Below are positions 58,575 through 64,000 of a stretch of DNA of 64,000 bases, piece by piece. Position numbers and translations under genes: made by a program. Numbering within the stretch: position 1 is the stretch's first letter; each line of letters starts with the position of its first letter. The notes beneath the pieces were generated by a model, which made no database searches, was not told where the DNA came from, and was given only the letters and a program-made list of their open reading frames with translations. Origin of the DNA: Octopus vulgaris (Eukaryota); assembly GCA_951406725.2 (NCBI GenBank), contig OX597830.1, positions 76,260,001-76,324,000 of the forward strand. The letters run 5' to 3'.

Positions 58575-58967
58575 TCATCCTTAATAAGCTCAGTCCTTTG
58601 TGAGTGTTGTGTGCATAGCTATGTATGGGGAGAGAGGGGGAAAGTGAGAGAGAGTGAGAGAGAGAGATGATCGATTGCTGTAGTTGACTATTAAACCTTC
58701 TTACTAATGGTTTCATTATTTCAGCCATAGTGGCTTTGCGCCAGAGGGAGAAGTTATTATTTCTGCCATTTTGGTCAGCAGCTCATAAAAATCTATAAAC
58801 GCCGATGTCATGTTTATTTGGAAATATGTTGAGATACGAATCTCATTTTCTTTCATATTCCTCTTCAAAGTCGTTTTCGAATTCCTTCAGCAATTCCTTC
58901 TTAGATATTCTCAGAGATGATATTTTCACAGAGCGGAGAGAAGAGATTTCTTGTTGATTTCCTTATC

Positions 58968-59290
58968 ATTTCCTTGGTTTCAGTTGCTGGATTGTGGCCA
59001 TACTGGGGCACCATCATCATGTGCAACAAATCGATTCTCGTACTTTTTATCTTTTATCCATCATTTATCTTTCGCTTGTTTCAGTCAGTTGGCAGCGGCC
59101 ATGCTGAGGCACAACCTTGAAGAATTTTAGTCACATGACTGAATTCCAGAACCTATTTTTATTTTGGTTCAGGTTGGTACTTAGTCGATCGCTCCATTTT
59201 GCTGAACCACTAAGTGGACGTAAAAACATCAATACCGGTTGTCAAGCGGTAGAGGTAGAGCAGTGCAGACGGAAAGACGCACAAATACAC
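58968..59290 (-). mobile_element. Two diverged SINE-C tail fragments
   Basis: ggtttcagtt...gtggccatactggggcacc and cttgtttcagtcagttggcagcggccatgctgaggcac...ccggttgtcaagcggt. Confidence 0.7.
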
Positions 59291-59295
59291 ACATA

Positions 59296-59349
<54 letters not shown>

Positions 59350-59408
59350 CATATACATATATCTACATATATATATATACACGTACGTCTCGCGCACACA
59401 CATGCACA

Positions 59409-59455
<47 letters not shown>

Positions 59456-59701
59456 GTGTGTGTGTGTGTATATATGTAAGTATATAAGGAGCAAAAATTC
59501 TGGAGATCCAGTATACATCACACGGAAAAATTTTGAGTTGAAAATATGTGAAAAACATATAAATAGTGGAAGAGTAATGCCTTCATTTCACATTGTTTAA
59601 TATTTTTTTATAAAGAAATTTTAAAAACTATATACATATTATATGGATGTAGTGATATCCAACAGGTTTTCGCTATTTAAATTAGCTTTTCAAGGGACCT
59701 T

Positions 59702-60006
59702 GTGAAATTCCTTCTGCTCAGACAAGACCCGCAAGACCCGAAACTTAACAACATCCTAAATACACATAAACTCCGCAAATGCAAAAGACTACACAAATCA
59801 CTCCAGAGACTCTTAACAAATGCAAAACTATGCTCAACACATGCGATACCAACAGTTAAAAAATGCGGACGACCTAATTGTGGTACATGCCCACACCTAA
59901 CTGAAAGCTCGGAATTCACGTTCCAGCAAGGAGCAAAATTCTCACTTGAGACCAAATTATCTATATCCTAACCTGCTCAGGTTGTGGCCACAATTATGTA
60001 GGCTAA
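59702..60006 (+). pseudogene. Penelope-like element fragment: Cys-rich linker plus GIY-YIG endonuclease start (Neptune-type architecture)
   Basis: KSLQRLLTNAK...VKKCGRPNCGTCPHL, then after a frameshift IIYILTCSGCGHNYVG-stop (59956-60006), matching the IYxxxCxxCxxxYIG motif. Confidence 0.9.
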
Positions 60007-60009
60007 ATA

Positions 60010-60222
60010 TATGTTTGTGCGTCTGTTTGTACCCCCCACCCCAACATCACTTGACAACCGATGCTGGTGTGTTTATGTTTCCGTAACTTAGCGGTTCGGT
60101 AAAAGGGACCGATAAAACAAGTACTAGGATTACAAAGAATAAGTCCCTATGGTCGATTTGGTTGACTAAAGGCGGTGCTCCAGCATGGCCGCAGTCAAAC
60201 GACTGAAACAAATAAAAGAATA
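60010..60222 (+). mobile_element. SINE-C 3' half
   Basis: cacttgacaaccgatgctggtgtgttta...gactaaaggcggtgctccagcatggccgcagtcaaacgactgaaac. Confidence 0.95.
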
Positions 60223-60239
60223 TATACTGTAATATATTG

Positions 60240-60270
<31 letters not shown>

Positions 60271-60297
60271 ATATATATATAATATACTCATGTATAT

Positions 60298-60369
<72 letters not shown>

Positions 60370-61280
60370 ATGGGGGATATACAAAGAAGATGAGGGACAC
60401 AGAAAAAGACAGTGAATGGCAGAGAGAACAAAATAATAATAATAATAATAATAATAATATTAATAATAATAATAATAGTAACAATATTCGTGTAGTATAG
60501 AAGCAAATCAACCTAATGCAGAGTGATTATTGCCTTCCACTTAATATCGCGCCCCTTCTACATACTTTTTACCCATAATTCTCTGTCATGAGCTGTGAAA
60601 GATATTTCCCTGAAATTTAAACTGATCCCATTCGCCACCACCCTCGCTACAACAACCACCGCCCCCATCAACCCCACCACAAACTACCATCTCCACCACC
60701 ACGAACAACACCACCGCCGCCGCCATATCGCTACTTAAAACGTACCATTATAGCGATATTCCACTAATATCTCGAATTAATCTCTTAGAATTTTGATATA
60801 TACATTAATGTTTAAAAGGGCTACTGACTTATATTTGCAAACGGCCCCTATTTTCCCTCCCTGAATATTCATTACTTGGATTTCTTCATTCAATCCACCT
60901 TCCCAGCGTCTTTTTTAAATGGCGTTTCAGTTTCCTCACCCGTCAACGGGAAGGGTGCTAAATTATCTTCCTCCCTCTTTCGTACACACACTCTCTCTCT
61001 TCTCTTTGTCAGCCTCTCCCTCAGTATACATGTATATACATACGTACACACACAAACATATATATATATATATATAAAAAATTGATAATTAATGACAAGG
61101 AGTATGGAGGGAGCAATTAGTTTTATTGCATAATTATACAATTGATTCATCGATATTGTATCTGATGAATATTTGTTTATTATCATATAATATGTTTATC
61201 AGTGCATTGTATCAGTATTATTAAGCCAATAATGGAAAAACATTCATTCTAAGGTTAAAACCATAGTTATATATATATAT

Positions 61281-61343
<63 letters not shown>

Positions 61344-61746
61344 GCATTTATATATGTATGCTGTCAATCATGCGACCGTCTAGATGCAGGAGTCAAGTAC
61401 CCCTGAATCATACAATACCCGCTGTTACGAGCTCAAACATACCTCAAGCATATCTGTAGTGTTAACAAGTTTGCTAGATTTATCTGCATATGATAGTTAA
61501 CTGTTCGAGAAGCCGTATAGCAGTTGGGTGTCCAGTTGAATACGGTTTTAGTCGAAATGTTTTAAGCACGGAGTGAATAACAGACCGATGGTGTGTCTGT
61601 ATCTATGAGTCTGCCTACACACACACACGCTCACACGTGTGTGTGTAGGCAGACTCATAGGTGTACATACATATCTGCCTATATGCGTACATATCTGTAT
61701 GTGTGTATACAAATATATATATAATGCAAATATATATATATAGGAT

Positions 61747-61782
<36 letters not shown>

Positions 61783-61804
61783 AACATATATACATATACA
61801 TATA

Positions 61805-61838
<34 letters not shown>

Positions 61839-61912
61839 AATATATATATACACATATATGTACACACACATATATATATATATACACACGCTTTTACACA
61901 CAACCCCCCTCC

Positions 61913-62002
<90 letters not shown>

Positions 62003-62040
62003 GCTAGATAGATAGATAGATCAGTAAAGAAGAAAATGGA

Positions 62041-62385
62041 GATTCAATTCAATATAATATGAAGTTCTTATCCCTACTACTGTTTCCATATCTATGAAAT
62101 GAAATGAAATTAATTTAAAATTTTCCCATTGAAACTGGTTAATTGGATATTTCATCACGGGAGTATTTGCAGAAAAGAGTTACATTCCTTTGGTCGACGA
62201 ATCTGTCAAGGGTCGACCAACACATTGGAATGTGACTTCTTCCTGGAAATTCTCCCCTGATCAAACACCCAGTTAAACAGTTTCAATGTGAAAATTATTA
62301 ATTAATTTAATTTCTCTAATTGAACAAATTAGATATGGAAACGGCTGTAGGGATAAAAATTTCATTGTATATTGATTTGAATATC
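62041..62385. mobile_element. Diverged ~345-bp fold-back element with a hammerhead-like motif in each arm
   Basis: Arms mirror around ttggtcgac...gtcgaccaa. Plus arm: tccc-CTGATCA...GAAAC-ggct-GTA-ggga (62253-62353). Minus arm: tccc-GTGATGA...GAAAC-agta-GTA-ggga (62071-62162). Confidence 0.75.
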
Positions 62386-62923
62386 TTTGAATAAACTGAT
62401 GTCTATACGTCAGTTTTTCTCTTTTCTTCTTTTTCTCTCATTCATAAAAGTTTTAAATACCAATATACACCAATGCAAAAGTAAGTTATCTAGCATTCCC
62501 TAAACTCTGGTATAAACTGGAGAGCTAAGATGCAAACATCCCTTAATGTATATATAATATATATAATTTGGGAGGTGATACTAAGCAACAGCATTGATAC
62601 ATCCATATTACCTTAAAACAATATTTATATAATTGCAAGTTTTAGAAATATCGGCAAATCTTCCTCAAAGCACAGACTGAGATTCAGCGGGAAAAATCGT
62701 GGTTATCATAAGAAGAGACAGGCAGCATAATAAACGGCTTTGATCATAGCTGAGCCCTCGAGTACGAGAACTGTTTATCCGCTTTTGTGTATGTAAAAAT
62801 GCGTGTAAGCATCTATTTATCTATCTGTTTGTCTGTCTATCCATCTGTGTGTGTGTGTGTATTGGTACGCACACACACACATGTACATACGCATATATGT
62901 AAACATATATATATATATATATA

Positions 62924-62953
62924 CTAGCAGTATCGCCCGGCGTTGCTCGGGTT
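62924..62953 (-). mobile_element. Isolated Helitron 3' terminus within (TA)n
   Basis: Minus strand aacccgagcaacgccgggcgatactgCTAG then t, with a cccg/cggg hairpin. Confidence 0.75.
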
Positions 62954-63007
62954 ATATATATATATATATATATGCTTACATAAATGTATATATATATATA
63001 TACATAT

Positions 63008-63059
<52 letters not shown>

Positions 63060-63069
63060 GCTTACATAA

Positions 63070-63133
<64 letters not shown>

Positions 63134-63140
63134 TTACATG

Positions 63141-63178
<38 letters not shown>

Positions 63179-64000
63179 ATACACGTACATATATAGATGA
63201 TTGATAATATCCATATATACAAACCATCATTATTATATATTTTACTATAGATGTGCCTAGCAGCATATGCTTCTCTGCAAGTGAAAACAATTATTTTTCT
63301 TCTTTCCTCATCCCACCACCACCACCGCCACCACTAACACCTTCACCATTTTCTCTTCTCTTTCATTCATTCATTCATTCATTCATTCTCTCTTTCTGTA
63401 TTTGTTCCCCCACCCCCCAGTTTGACTAGCTGTGAAAATGACGTGCTTGGTAAACAAACATTAACTACCAGTTAAAGGGTTTTTCATCAAAATACTTTAT
63501 GAACCCATTTATTGTTTGTAGTGACAGATTTTTGTTTTTTTTTATAACTGTACTAAAATGGAGGATAATCTATAGTCTGACACATTCTCTCTCTCTGTCT
63601 CTCTCTCTCTCTTTCCCGTTGTTTTTATATATATATATCTACCCCCGCTTCTCTGTCTGTCTGTCCGTCTCTCTCTCTCTCTCTCTCTCTCTCTTCCTTT
63701 GCCTGCCTGTCTGTGTGCTTATCTCTCGCTGGCTCACCGTGTCCGCTCTCACATCGCCCCATGAGTGTATGAACTTAGCCCTACGTCACATATGTTTATA
63801 AACAATGTCGATCGGTTACATACAAAATATCAAAATGATCCAAAATATATATAAATGTGCGCCCACACGTTAACATAAATATCTACATGCATAAATGTAT
63901 ATCTGTATCGCATTTATAATATAAACTGTTTATAAATATTATGTATATATATACATATACATACATATATATATATGTATGTAAAAGAGCACACCGTCGG

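Noticed and set aside
63725-63790. Possible minus-strand exon end (ATG GGG CGA...CACG/gtgagc)
   Set aside because: A single donor-like site without partner exons or homology is not enough evidence.

Overview
Very AT-rich eukaryotic non-coding DNA, intergenic or intronic. It is saturated with (TA)n, (CA)n, (TACA)n, (TAGA)n and (AAT)n microsatellites, and nearly all ORF-track entries are translations of these repeats. The repeat content resembles an octopod cephalopod genome; this is an inference from the SINE types. No intact host gene is supported. The non-simple sequence is mostly mobile DNA: three tRNA-derived SINE groups (my labels SINE-A, -B, -C), decayed R4/Dong-like and CR1-like LINE ends, a Penelope-like GIY-YIG fragment, a hAT MITE, non-autonomous Helitron pieces and a Tc1/mariner-like end. 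The most notable signal is a dispersed set of short inserts sitting in or beside (TA)n tracts. Several are long fold-back palindromes, and several carry minimal type-I hammerhead ribozyme motifs, three of which share a CCGANGA core variant. A second notable signal is repeated insertion of a SINE-B subfamily at one site inside another SINE-B copy. All boundaries and alignments were read by eye and are approximate.
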